Positions 41,109 through 51,372 of a DNA stretch of 64,000 nt are shown one piece after another. The stretch lies in NCBI GenBank assembly GCA_963846105.1, contig CAWJUT010000025.1:341579-405578 (forward strand), written 5' to 3'. Made by a program: the position numbers and the translations under genes. Below the pieces are notes generated by a model. That model was not told the DNA's origin, searched no databases, and worked only from the letters and a program-made list of their open reading frames with translations. Positions within the stretch are counted from its first letter, which is position 1. Every line of letters begins with the position of its first letter. This DNA is from an uncultured delta proteobacterium (GTDB lineage: Bacteria > Desulfobacterota > Binatia > UTPRO1).

Positions 41109-42040
41109 CTACGACTGCTTGCCGGTAGGATCGCGCGGCGGTGGCGACCAGCGACCGTCTTGCCCGATCGTGCGCTCGATCGAGCGCTCGGCCTCGGCCA
41201 TCTCGCGCGCCCAGTCGCGTACCTTGCGCGGTGCGCCGACGAACTCGTCGTAGAGCGGGCGGGCGAGCTCACGGCGGCTGATGCCGTCGGGCGCGACCAT
41301 GATGTCGATCTGCGCGCTCGCGAGGTCGAAGCCGCTGTGGACGAGATCCTCGGCGTCCATGCCGTAGGCGGCGAGCGTTTGCCGGAGCGCACCGGCGTTG
41401 GTGCCGAAGCGCCGGGCGACCTCGTGGATGTTCTGGATCTTGTAGCCGTCGTTGGCGGTGATGCCGAGATGATAGGCGCAGAACAGCTCGAAGGGATCGA
41501 TGGTGCTGCCGGGCGGCATCGCGGGCGCGTGCGGACGGCGCTGCTCAGGCTCCGGGCGTCGTGGCGGACGTGGCTCGCGTTGCTGCCAGCGCTGCGTCTG
41601 CGCGTACTGCGTGGTGTTACCGCCCTGGCCGCCCGCCCAGCGCCCGCGACCGCCGGGACCTCCGCCCTGCGCGCCGTTTCCCCAGCGCGCGCCCTGAGCC
41701 TGGTTGCCGTCCCAACGACCGGGCTGCTGAGGCGCGCCATCGGGCCGGCGCGGGTTCGCGCCGCCTTGCCAGCGCGGGCGACCTGACGACGGCGTGCCGT
41801 ACCCTGCGTAGGCTCGCTGCGGCGGCTGTCCTCCGTAGCCTCGTTGCGGCGGCTGGCCTCCGTAGGCTCGCTGCGGCGGCTGGCCTCCGTAGCCTCGTTG
41901 CGGCGGCTGCCCTCCGTAGGCTCGTTGCGGCGGCTGCCCGTTCGAGCGGTCCAGCAGGCCCGGAGCGCGGCTGACCCGGCTGTCCTCCCCCGTCGCGCTG
42001 CTCTCCAGGACGGCGGCGCCCTCTCCGTTTCCGCCCGCTC
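41109..42040 (-). CDS. Hypothetical protein with a disordered N-terminus of QPPQR[AG]YGG repeats and a conserved C-terminal ~135-aa domain
   Basis: Translation of the 27-bp tandem repeat at 41805..41945 plus ORF 41109..41519 (IDPFELFCAYHLGITANDGYKIQNIHEVARRFG). The frame and start are uncertain. Confidence 0.35.
41805..41945. repeat. 27-bp tandem repeat, about 5 copies (ggctg[tg]cctccgtag[gc]ctcg[tc]tgcggc)
   Basis: Direct inspection. It encodes the QPPQRAYGG/QPPQRGYGG units on the minus strand. Confidence 0.8.
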
Positions 42041-42143
42041 ATCTGCAGCGGACTATGCCTGATTGCCATGCGTGCGTCGAGTGGAAACCACTGCGGACGC
42101 CGCCGCTTGTCGGAGCGCTCGGCCATCCTCTAGGCTGCGCGCG

Positions 42144-42878
42144 ATGCTCGGGTATCTGCTCGATCGTGCGCGTCGTCTACGCACGCCCGGCCACTCGGAG
42201 GCTCCGCACGTTCCCGGCGGCGGGATCGTGCGCGAGCTCGTGTTCGGGGCGAACGATGGTCTCGTCGCCGCCTTCGCCGTCGTCTCCGGTGTGCACGGCG
42301 CGGCGGTCTCCGTCCGGATCGTGTTCCTGGCCGGGTTGGCCGAGCTGCTCGGCGGCACGATCGCGATGGGCCTCGGCGGCTATCTCGCGCTCAAGAGTGA
42401 GCGCGAATACTACGAGGCCGAGCGCCGGCGCGAAGAGCGGGAGATCGACCTCTATCCCGAGACGGAACGTCGCGAGGTCGCCGAGATCTTCCGCGCCAAG
42501 GGATTCCGCGACGACGTGCTCGATGCCATGGTTGCGCACGTCACCGCCGAGCGCGAGCGCTGGGTGGAGACGATGATGCGCGACGAGCTCGGGCTCACGC
42601 TCGATCGGCACCGCTCACCGCTCGGCTCGGGCGCCGCGACTGGGCTCGCGTACGCCTTCGGCGCCGCGATGCCCACCCTGCCGTACGGGTTCTTCGACGC
42701 CGCCGCCGCGTTCCGCTGGTCGATCGCGCTCACCCTCGTGACGCTGTTCGCCGTCGGCGCGGCCAAGACGGTGGTCACCGGGCTTTCCTGGTGGCGGTCC
42801 GGAATGGAGGCAATGGTGATCGGTCTCCTTGCCGCCGCCGCTACCTTCGCGACCGGCTGGTTGGTAGGAGGCCACTGA
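42144..42878 (+). CDS. VIT1/CCC1 family iron/manganese transporter
   Basis: FGANDGLVAAFAVVSGV...EREYYEAERRREEREIDLYPETERREV...five TM segments. Confidence 0.8.
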   Translation: MLGYLLDRARRLRTPGHSEAPHVPGGGIVRELVFGANDGLVAAFAVVSGVHGAAVSVRIVFLAGLAELLGGTIAMGLGGYLALKSEREYYEAERRREEREIDLYPETERREVAEIFRAKGFRDDVLDAMVAHVTAERERWVETMMRDELGLTLDRHRSPLGSGAATGLAYAFGAAMPTLPYGFFDAAAAFRWSIALTLVTLFAVGAAKTVVTGLSWWRSGMEAMVIGLLAAAATFATGWLVGGH

Positions 42879-42911
42879 CGCCGGAATGGCCGGGCACGGG
42901 GGGGCTAGACC

Positions 42912-43328
42912 ATGTGGAAGGAGTTCAAGGATTTTCTGCTCAAGAGCAACGCGTTTGCACTGGCCGTCGGCGTGATCATCGGCGCCGCTACCGGCAAGGT
43001 GGTGAGCGCGATCGTCGCTGACGTGCTGATGCCGGTCGTCAGCCTGATCATCCCGAGCGGGAGCTGGCGCGAGGCCGAGCTGGTGTTGACGCAGACCACC
43101 GGACCCGACGGCAAAGCGGTGGTGAACGCGATCAAGTACGGCGACCTGCTCGGCAACGTCGTCGACTTCATGATCATCGCGTTCGTGGTGTTTCTCATCA
43201 CCAAGACGTTGCTGCGCGAGAAGGCCGCGCCCTCCGGACCGCCGACCACCAAGACGTGTGCCGAATGTCAGGAGACGATCCCGATCGCGGCGCGGCGCTG
43301 CAAGTTCTGCGCTTCGCCCGCCGGCTGA
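42912..43328 (+). CDS. mscL: Large-conductance mechanosensitive channel MscL with a C-terminal CxxC...CxxC zinc-ribbon-like extension
   Basis: [41 protein letters not shown] (compare [31 protein letters not shown]). Tail [24 protein letters not shown]. Confidence 0.85.
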   Translation: [138 protein letters not shown]

Positions 43329-43380
43329 GCAGCGCGGGAACTGCTCCCGAGTGGCGGCGCGTCGCTGCCGCAGCGGCTTG

Positions 43381-44262
43381 CTATCGAGCAGCGGCGCGCG
43401 ATGCCGGCGCCGCCAGGGGCTGCGCGCCACGCATCTCCGCCAAGGTCTTGGCGATCTGGTCGCGCGCACGTTCGAGAAGTTCGGCGTGATCCTCGTCCGG
43501 GTGGCGTGCGATCGGCTCGCCAACCCGCACACGCAGGCGCACGCCGAACGGCACTGGGAGGAAGTTCCGCTGCATCAGCCGCCACGAGTTCTCGATCGTC
43601 ACCGCCAGGATCTCGGTAGCGGGAGCGGCGGCGAGCAGCGCCAGTGAGCCGCGCGGCTTGAACGCTTTGAGCTCGCCGGCGCGCGCACGCGTGCCCTCGG
43701 GAAAGATCACCGCCGAGACCCGATTGCGCTCGACGCGGCGCCCGAGCGCCGCGATCGACTCGACGGCCTGCGCGGCATCGTCGCGATCGATCAGCGCGTT
43801 GCCGCCGCAGCGGAGGTTGTACGACACGCTCGGGATGCGCCGCGCCAAGGAGCGCTTGGAGACGAACTTCGGGAAGTTGTCGAAGAAGATGTGTCCGAGG
43901 AGCGGGATGTCGAACATGCTCTGGTGATTGGAGATGATGAGATAGGGTCGTCCGCTCACCACGCTCGGCGGCCGCTCGACGGTGATGCGCAACCCGGTCA
44001 GGCGAAACGCCATCACCAGTGAGGTGCAGAGCCATGCAACCGAGTAGTCGTGGGCCCGTTTCCCGAACGCCTTGGCGACGCGCTGGATGACCTCGAAGAC
44101 GAGAAGCACCAAGCCGAAGGCGGGCAGAAAGAGCAGGGTGAACGTCCAGTCGACGATCCGCCGCACGGCGTGGAACGTGCAGCAAAGCTGGTACGGAATC
44201 AAGGACGTCCACTGGTGACGGTCGCCCGCTCGCTGTATGACGGACCATCGCAAACCATTCAC
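43381..44262 (-). CDS. plsC: 1-acyl-sn-glycerol-3-phosphate acyltransferase (LPLAT family)
   Basis: NHQSMFDIP (HX4D variant) and FPEGTR motifs. Confidence 0.75.
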   Translation of the reverse strand: MNGLRWSVIQRAGDRHQWTSLIPYQLCCTFHAVRRIVDWTFTLLFLPAFGLVLLVFEVIQRVAKAFGKRAHDYSVAWLCTSLVMAFRLTGLRITVERPPSVVSGRPYLIISNHQSMFDIPLLGHIFFDNFPKFVSKRSLARRIPSVSYNLRCGGNALIDRDDAAQAVESIAALGRRVERNRVSAVIFPEGTRARAGELKAFKPRGSLALLAAAPATEILAVTIENSWRLMQRNFLPVPFGVRLRVRVGEPIARHPDEDHAELLERARDQIAKTLAEMRGAQPLAAPASRAAAR

Positions 44263-45062
44263 CAGCCGAGATCACGGGGGGAACCAGAATACTGGGCCTG
44301 ATCGCGGACCCCGTCGTCCAGGCCCGCTCGCCCGGCATGGTCAACGCGCTCCTCCAGCGGCGCGGGCGGTTCGGAGCGTTCGTCTTCCTTCCGATGCATG
44401 TCGCGACTGGCGGGCTCGGGGGCGTCATCACGGCTCTTCGGCAGGTGCAGAATTTCGCCGGTGCGATCGTCTCCATGCCCCACAAGGTGGCGATCGTAGG
44501 ACTGCTCGACGAGCTGACGGCCGACGCGCAGTCGGTGGGCGCCGTGAACGTCGTTCGCCGGAACGCCGATGGTCGAATCGTCGGCACGGTGTTCGACGGC
44601 GAAGGATTCGTCGGTGGTCTGCGTTCCGCGGGTCACGAGATCGATGGCGCATCCTGTCTGCTGGCCGGGGCGGGCGGCGCGGCCACCGCGATCGCCTTCG
44701 CGCTTGCGCGCGAGGGCTGTCGGTCGCTTGCGATCACGAACCGTACCGCGTCGAAGGCCGAGGCGCTCGCTTCCCGGGTTCGACAGGCGTTCCCGCATAG
44801 AGATGTCCGGGCAGGCGCCCCGCACGAGGGCCGATATGATATCGCGATCAACGCGACGTCTCTCGGGATGAAGGCCGACGACGAGTTGCCCTTGTCGCCG
44901 GACGTGCTGGAGAGGGCGACCCTCGTCGCGGAGTGCGTCGTCGCGCCCGAGAAGACCAGGCTCCTGGAAGTCGCCCGGGAAAAGGGCTGCGCCATCCACA
45001 CCGGTGTTCCCATGCTGGCCGCCCAGATCGACCTCATGTTGCGCTTCACGGGAGTCGAATGA
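44237..45062 (+). CDS. aroE: Shikimate 5-dehydrogenase (frameshift in a G6 homopolymer near codon 14)
   Basis: ILGLIADPVVQARSPGMVNA..., LLAGAGGAATAIAFAL (NADP site). The ATG at 44237 is in a different frame and joins through gggggg at ~44275-80. Confidence 0.7.
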
Positions 45063-45105
45063 ACCACGAGCCGGCGACGAAGGAATTCCTGAAGGAGACC
45101 ACCCA

Positions 45106-45408
45106 ATGTGTCGAAACATCAAGACGCTGCACAACTTCAAACCGCCGGCCACCGACGAGGAGATCCGTGCGTCGTCGCTTCAGTTCGTCCGGAAGCTGAG
45201 CGGCTTCACGAAGCCCTCGAAGGCGAACGAGCCGGCGTTCGCGCGCGCGGTCGACCAGGTGACGCGTGCCGCGCATGAGCTGCTCGACTCGCTCACCACC
45301 AACGCTCCGCCGCGCAACCGCGAGCTCGAGGCCGCGAAGGCGAGGGCGAGAACCGTGGAGCGTTTTCGTCCACCCGAATGCCGGGCAGCCCACCTGACGC
45401 CCCTTTGA
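45106..45408 (+). CDS. DUF2277 family protein
   Basis: MCRNIKTLHNFKPPATDEEIRASSLQFVRKLSGF. Confidence 0.75.
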   Translation: MCRNIKTLHNFKPPATDEEIRASSLQFVRKLSGFTKPSKANEPAFARAVDQVTRAAHELLDSLTTNAPPRNRELEAAKARARTVERFRPPECRAAHLTPL

Positions 45409-46955
45409 TGGAGCGACCTCGTTACAGTCCACGCCTCGTTCGCGTCGTGGACGGCCTCCTGCTCACCGCGTTGCTCGCCGCCGCCCTCGCATGGCCGGTC
45501 AGCTCGCCGCCGATCAGCACACACGGCGAGGCGCGCGAAGGCCTGGTCATCCAGGACATCGTCGAGAACGGACGTTGGGTGCTGCCCCATCGCAACGGCG
45601 AGCTGCCCTCGAAGCCGCCGCTGTTTCACTGGATCGCTGCCGGGATAGCGAGCGTCGCCGGCGTTTCGGATGTGACCGTGCGCCTGCCGTCGGCGCTCGC
45701 CGCGTGGGTGATGGCGCTCGCGACCTTCGCGCTCGGTGTGCACCTCGGCGGGCGACTCGTGGGCTGGCTCGCGGTCGGAGCCCTGGCCGGCACGCATGGC
45801 TTCTGGACCGCGGCCTCGGAGGCGCGCGTCGACATGGTCTTCGCGGCCGCCGTGACGGTCGCGCTGGTCGCGTTCTTTTTCTGGCACCGTGCCCGCGGCC
45901 GCTGGGCGCGTGCGGCGTGCTATGTCGCCGTGGGCGCCGCGGTGCTCGCCAAGGGTCCGGCCGGCGCGGTCCTGCCGGGCGTGATCATCGTGGCGTTCGT
46001 CCTTCGCGAGCACGCGCGGCGGGGTGGTGGTGGCGCGCTCGCCGTGTGGAGCGACGTACGCGCGCTCTGGTCGTGGCCGCTCGCGCTGCTGGTGGTCACC
46101 GTGGATCTCGGTTGGTACGCGCTCGCATACCGCGCCGGCGGCGACGAGTTCCTGGCCGTGCAGCTCATGCACGAGAACGTGCAGCGTTTCGCCGGCCGCG
46201 GCGTGTTCGGCATGCACGGCGGCCGCCCCGTTCTCGCGATGGCGCTCGAGCTGGTGACGGATCTGGCGCCGTGGAACTTGGTGTTGCCGTGGGCGGCGTT
46301 TCAATGGACGCGCGGTCGGCGCGAGGATGAAGGCGGGCGGTTTCTGCATGCCTGGTGGCTGGCGATTCTCGCGGTCTTCACGCTCGCCTACGGGAAGCGC
46401 AGCATCTATCTACTGCCGCTCTACCCGGCGATCGCGCTGCTTGCGGGCCGCGCGCTTGCCGCCGCGCTCGTCAAGGTTCCCGCCGAGGCGTCTCACCTGT
46501 GGGGGCGCGTCCCGATCCCGGCGCGCGCGCGCCGCGCTTTTCCGGCGCACCCGGCGACGGCGCTGGTCGCGCTCGCGATCGTCGTCTTCGACGTGGTCCT
46601 CCTCGGTGTCGGTCAGGTGGCGCGCGAGTTCAGCGATCGTCGCAAGTCGCTGGTGAGCTTTGCGCGTGAGGTCGACCGGCAACTCCCCGCCGATGCGCGG
46701 CTGCACGCCGGCACTGGGCTCTCCGACAGCGATCTCCAGGTGCTCGCCTATCGACTCGCTCGCGCGATTCCGCGCGGCGCCGCCCTCGTGCCGGTCGCCG
46801 ACACGCCACGTGTCTATTGCCTCTTGCCCGCGCCCGCGGCCGACGCGCTCGCGGAGCCCGGCGCGGAGCGGCTGGTGGTGTCGGAACGACGCGGCGCGCA
46901 GGTCGCGCTCGTCGGCGGACTCCGCGAAGGCGACTGCGCCGCGATCACACGTTGA
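45408..46955 (+). CDS. ArnT/PMT-like glycosyltransferase family 39 (membrane)
   Basis: TGATGG overlap with the upstream stop. EAREGLVIQDIVENGRWVLPHRNGELPSKPPLFHW motif region. 10+ TM segments. Confidence 0.8.
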   Translation: MERPRYSPRLVRVVDGLLLTALLAAALAWPVSSPPISTHGEAREGLVIQDIVENGRWVLPHRNGELPSKPPLFHWIAAGIASVAGVSDVTVRLPSALAAWVMALATFALGVHLGGRLVGWLAVGALAGTHGFWTAASEARVDMVFAAAVTVALVAFFFWHRARGRWARAACYVAVGAAVLAKGPAGAVLPGVIIVAFVLREHARRGGGGALAVWSDVRALWSWPLALLVVTVDLGWYALAYRAGGDEFLAVQLMHENVQRFAGRGVFGMHGGRPVLAMALELVTDLAPWNLVLPWAAFQWTRGRREDEGGRFLHAWWLAILAVFTLAYGKRSIYLLPLYPAIALLAGRALAAALVKVPAEASHLWGRVPIPARARRAFPAHPATALVALAIVVFDVVLLGVGQVAREFSDRRKSLVSFAREVDRQLPADARLHAGTGLSDSDLQVLAYRLARAIPRGAALVPVADTPRVYCLLPAPAADALAEPGAERLVVSERRGAQVALVGGLREGDCAAITR

Positions 46956-46990
46956 CAACGCACGGGCCTATTTCCTAGCTTGGTCGCACG

Positions 46991-49390
46991 ATGCCTCCCG
47001 CGCCGACGTTCTTTCTCGGCCATCCGTGTGACCCGCGCACGGGAGGGCTCACCGCCGAGCGGTTCAATCTCCCCGCCGACCATCTGGTCACGCACGCCGC
47101 CTGCGTGGGCATGACCGGGAGCGGCAAGACTGGACTCTGCGTCGCGTTGCTCGAAGAGGCGGCACTGGCCGGCATCCCCGCGCTCATCATCGATCCCAAG
47201 GGCGACATGGCGAACGTCGCGCTCACGTTTCCCGATCTGGCCGAGGCCGACTTCGCTTCCTGGGTGGCGCCCGGCGAGACCGCCGCGGAAGTCGCGAAAG
47301 CCTGGCGCGTGGGTATCGAGGGTGAAGGCCTCGGCGCGGCCGACATCGCGCGCTTGCGTGCCAGTGCCCGGGTGACCATCTTCACGCCCGGGAGCACGGC
47401 GGGGACGCCGATCGACGTGCTCGCGAGCCTGGCGGCGCCGGCCGATGCCATCCGGAATGATGCCGAGACGCTCGCCGCCCGCGTCACCGCGACGGTATCG
47501 GCGCTGCTCGGTCTCCTCGATCGCCCCGCCGATGTGGTGAAGAGTCCCGAGCAGATTCTGCTCGCGACCATCCTCTCGACGGCCTGGAGCAGTGGCGAGA
47601 GCCTCGATCTCCCCGCGCTCATCGGACGGGTGCAGCAGCCGCCGTTCGATACCCTTGGCGCCCTCGCTCTCGACAACGTCATGCCGCGCAAGGCGCGCGA
47701 CGAGCTCGCGTATGCCATGAACGCCGTCCTGGCAGCTCCAGGTTTCGCGAGCTGGCGCAGCGGCACCGCGCTCGACGTCGAGGCCCTGGCGTTTGCGGGA
47801 GGTAAGCCGCGTCTTGCCGTCCTCTCGATCGCGCACCTGAACGACCGCGAGCGCATGTTCTTCGTGACCCTGCTGCTCCAGGCGGTCGTCACCTGGATGC
47901 GACGTCAGGCGGGTACGCCGGCGCTCCGCCTGCTGCTCTACTTCGACGAGATCATGGGCTATCTGCCGCCGCACCCGGCGGATCCGCCGTCCAAGGGACC
48001 CCTCCTGACACTGCTCAAGCAGGCGCGTGCGTTCGGCGTGGGCTGCGTACTGGTGACACAGAATCCCGTCGATCTCGACTACAAGGCGCTCGCCAACGCC
48101 GGATTGTGGCTGATCGGCAAGCTGCAGACCGAGCAGGATCGCGACCGCTTGCTGGGCGGAATGGGCGGGGGCGCGCGCGCCGCGCTCGGGCCGCTCATCG
48201 CCGCGCTCGCCAAGCGACGCTTCGTCGTGCACGACGTGCACGCGCCCGCTCCGGTGCTGCTGCAGAGTCGCTTCGTGATGTCGTATCTCGCCGGGCCGCT
48301 CACCCTCGAGCAGATCCGGCGTCTGCGGGATGCGGGACTGTCGAGCGACGGCGCGGCGGCCGCGCCTTCCGCGGACCGTGCCGCCGCGCGCGCCACCTCG
48401 GAGGCGTCCGGCGCCGGCCTTGGCCGCTTTCTCGACCGCGACGACGACCGGGCGACCGCGGCCCCGCCCGTTCTTCCCGACGGCATCGCTCAAGTGTTCG
48501 TTCCCGGCGATGGCCCGCTGGCGCCGTACCTCTATCTGCGCGCGACCCTCGGCTACCGGGACGCGAAATCGGCGATCACCGAGACCCGGCAGGTGGCGAT
48601 CGCGAGCCCGTTCACCGGCAGTACCGAGTGGGTGAACGCGGGCCTCTTGCCCGCGGACACGAAACCGACGACGAAGCCACCGGCGGGCGCGCGTTTCGCG
48701 GCTGCCGACGCGGTGCTCTCCACCGAAAAGACATGGCGTACGCTCGGCAAGAGCGCCGACGAGTTTTTGCTTCGCGAGTGCCTGCTCTCCCTGGCGCGCA
48801 ACGCCGCCCTCAAGCTCGTCGCGCGTCCCGGCGAGACGCCGGACGAGTTTCGTGCCCGCTGCCGGCAGGCAGCGGACGCACGCGCCGGCGAGGAGGTCGC
48901 CGCTCTCGACGCCAAGGTGGCAGCGCGGCGTGGCCAGATCGAGTCGCGTCTCGACCGCAAGCGCGCCGAGCTCGAGCGCGACACCGCGACCCGTGACGCG
49001 CGTGCCGCCGAAGAGAAGCTGTCGTGGCTACGCACCGCGGGCGATGCGCTCTTCTCTCTCGCTGGCGGCGGACGCAGTCGCACCGCGCTCGGCAAGATCG
49101 GCTCCGGCGTTTCGCGCTCGGCGACGCAGCGCCGGATGCGCCAGGGCGCCGATCTCGAGGTGGAGGACACCGGGGAGGAAGTCGCCAAGCTCGAAGCCGA
49201 CCTGTGCGTGCTCGATGCCGAGGTCGAGCGCGAGCACGACGCGGTGCGCGCCCGTGCCGCGATCGACGATCGCGTCGAGACGATCAGCATCGCGCCCCAG
49301 CGCAGCACGATGACGATCGAGGCCATGGGCGTCCTGTGGGCGCCCGCTGATCTCGCGAGTGCGCTCGTGAGCCCGCGCGGGAGCGTGTGA
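46991..49390 (+). CDS. HerA/DUF853-like P-loop NTPase with a long C-terminal coiled-coil region
   Basis: Walker A GMTGSGKTG. LIIDPKGD. Walker B region LLLYFDEIMGY. VLVTQNPVDLDYKALANAGLWLIGKLQTEQDRD. Confidence 0.65.
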   Translation: MPPAPTFFLGHPCDPRTGGLTAERFNLPADHLVTHAACVGMTGSGKTGLCVALLEEAALAGIPALIIDPKGDMANVALTFPDLAEADFASWVAPGETAAEVAKAWRVGIEGEGLGAADIARLRASARVTIFTPGSTAGTPIDVLASLAAPADAIRNDAETLAARVTATVSALLGLLDRPADVVKSPEQILLATILSTAWSSGESLDLPALIGRVQQPPFDTLGALALDNVMPRKARDELAYAMNAVLAAPGFASWRSGTALDVEALAFAGGKPRLAVLSIAHLNDRERMFFVTLLLQAVVTWMRRQAGTPALRLLLYFDEIMGYLPPHPADPPSKGPLLTLLKQARAFGVGCVLVTQNPVDLDYKALANAGLWLIGKLQTEQDRDRLLGGMGGGARAALGPLIAALAKRRFVVHDVHAPAPVLLQSRFVMSYLAGPLTLEQIRRLRDAGLSSDGAAAAPSADRAAARATSEASGAGLGRFLDRDDDRATAAPPVLPDGIAQVFVPGDGPLAPYLYLRATLGYRDAKSAITETRQVAIASPFTGSTEWVNAGLLPADTKPTTKPPAGARFAAADAVLSTEKTWRTLGKSADEFLLRECLLSLARNAALKLVARPGETPDEFRARCRQAADARAGEEVAALDAKVAARRGQIESRLDRKRAELERDTATRDARAAEEKLSWLRTAGDALFSLAGGGRSRTALGKIGSGVSRSATQRRMRQGADLEVEDTGEEVAKLEADLCVLDAEVEREHDAVRARAAIDDRVETISIAPQRSTMTIEAMGVLWAPADLASALVSPRGSV

Positions 49391-49650
49391 TGCCGTCCTC
49401 CGAGAAACCGCTGCCGAAGATGATGCTCGGCTTCGTGGTGCGCCAGTGCGCGATCGCGCTCGGCCACGCGCCCAGCGCCAAGGAGTTCACGGAGTGGGCC
49501 AACAACCAGGGCGCCGGCCGCGGGCGCTACTGCCTGTTCGGGCGCGTCATCTCCGTGGAGGAGGCGCGGGTGATTCTCCGTCACCCCGGACGCCCGGTCA
49601 CGGTTCGCAGCGCCGGCCCCTATCCGGTGTACGCGCTCGGTCCGCTCTAG
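49387..49650 (+). CDS. Small hypothetical protein, translationally coupled (ATGA) to the upstream ATPase
   Basis: ORF only. No recognised family. Confidence 0.3.
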   Translation: MMPSSEKPLPKMMLGFVVRQCAIALGHAPSAKEFTEWANNQGAGRGRYCLFGRVISVEEARVILRHPGRPVTVRSAGPYPVYALGPL

Positions 49651-49890
49651 CGGCACCCAAGCGCTAGCTCCGCGCCACGGGCAGCGCGGATCAGGTCCCG
49701 GATCCAGTCAGCTGCACATCGGGGAAGCGCAACTTTTTCCTTGACAAGTAGAAACAAGACCTCCGATACTCGCCTCGCATCACCGTCGAGGCTCGAGTGC
49801 CGTACTGCGTCAACGAGTCGGGCTCACCGATGGCGATCGCCAACGTTATCTCATGGACCGCGCCGCGTGATCTCGCGCTGGAGGAATCCG

Positions 49891-51202
49891 ATGAAGAGGC
49901 ACGTACTCGTCACACTGGCCGCCGTCCTGGCGCTCGGCTTCATTGGCAGCACCGCCGATGCGCAGTGCAGCTTCGAGCATCCAGACAAGGCAAAGACGCT
50001 CAAAGCAAGCCTCGTCCAGGCCTTCGTCTCCTGTGACGGCGGCTTTGCGAACACGACGACGGAGTCCGGCATTGCGAGCTGCGCGGCACCGGAGACTTTC
50101 AACGAGCAGGCGGGTTCCCCGGCGGACGGCTGGCTGTGGGACGAGGAGTGGGCACAGGGCTTAGTTTCGTTCAGCGCCCGGAGCATCGTGAAGTTCACCC
50201 AGATCGGCACCACGCTTCCCGGTGCCAATCCCGCGAGCCCGCTCAATCCCGTTGGCGACGTCGCCGATCTCGTCGTTCGTATGGAGCTCACGGGTATCGG
50301 TTCCTCTTCCAACCCTTCTGGTGAGACGGGCAGCGGGACGCTGGCCGCCATCATGCGCGCAACGCTCGACGATCGCATGGGCGGAGACATGACGCTCATC
50401 GACTTCCCCGCACAGTTTCCGTTCGACCTCAACGCGGGCAAGGCGAAACTCAAGACCTCGGCCGCCGCGCTCCTCAACAGCATCGGCCAACCCGCGTCTA
50501 CCTCCATGCACGAGCCTCGAGCTCCTCACCGTGTTCGTCCTGGACGAGAACGGCAACAGATTCGCCAATATGGGCGCGTATCTTCCGCCGGTCTCCAATT
50601 TTGCGCAGTGCCCCTTCGAGCATCCGAAGAAGGCAAAGGGGCTGCAAGCCAGGCTGACCCAGGCCATGGTTTCCTGTGACAATCCGGGCGGCAACACGCC
50701 CAACACGACGACGGAGGCAGGAATCGCGAGCTGTGCGCCGGTCGAGACCTTCAACGAGGACGCCGGCAGTCCGGCGAACGGGTGGGTTTGGGGTCCACCA
50801 TCGTTCGGCAGCGTGAAGCTCAAGGCGTCGAAGAACAAGATCGTGGATCCGCTCAACCCACCGGCGAATTCACGAGATCTCATCGTGTCCTTGAATCTGG
50901 AGAAGATCTTCGACGCCCACGGCGTCGTGGCCAACGCTCCCGGCACACTTGCGATCGTCCTGCGTACCACCTTCGACGACCGCGTGGGTGGCGAGATGAC
51001 GGTCATCGACTACCCGTTCAATTTTGCGTTCACGGTGCAGGGCGGTCAGGCCTCGCTGAAGACGACCGTCAATGCGCTACTGAACGGGATGGGTAAGCCT
51101 GGACTTCCCGGCTGCACCTCGATCGAGATCGTGTCGGCGCACGTTCTCGATGAGAACGGCAACCCGTTCGCGACCCTAGGGACGTTCCTGCCCGGGGTCT
51201 GA
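49891..51202 (+). CDS. Secreted protein made of two tandem copies of an unrecognised ~200-aa domain (one frameshift at ~50500)
   Basis: GGAGG RBS. Signal peptide MKRHVLVTLAAVLALGFIGSTADA. Repeat 1 CSFEHPDKAKTLKASLVQAFVSCDGGFANTTTESGIASCAAPETFNEQAGSPADGW is parallel to repeat 2 CPFEHPKKAKGLQARLTQAMVSCDNPGGNTPNTTTEAGIASCAPVETFNEDAGSPANGW, and ...FVLDENGNRFANMGAYLP is parallel to HVLDENGNPFATLGTFLP. Confidence 0.55.
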
Positions 51203-51372
51203 AAGACCAGAACCGGGGTCAACGGGGCGCGGAGGCACGCGACACCACCTGAATCTCGTCTCCGCATGCGACGCGTCCGGGTTCCACGACGCGCATGAAC
51301 ACCCCGCAACGTCGTGACCGGGACGCTCGTCATCGACCCGGGCGCGGTGGTGCACACCGCGTCGCTTCCGGC

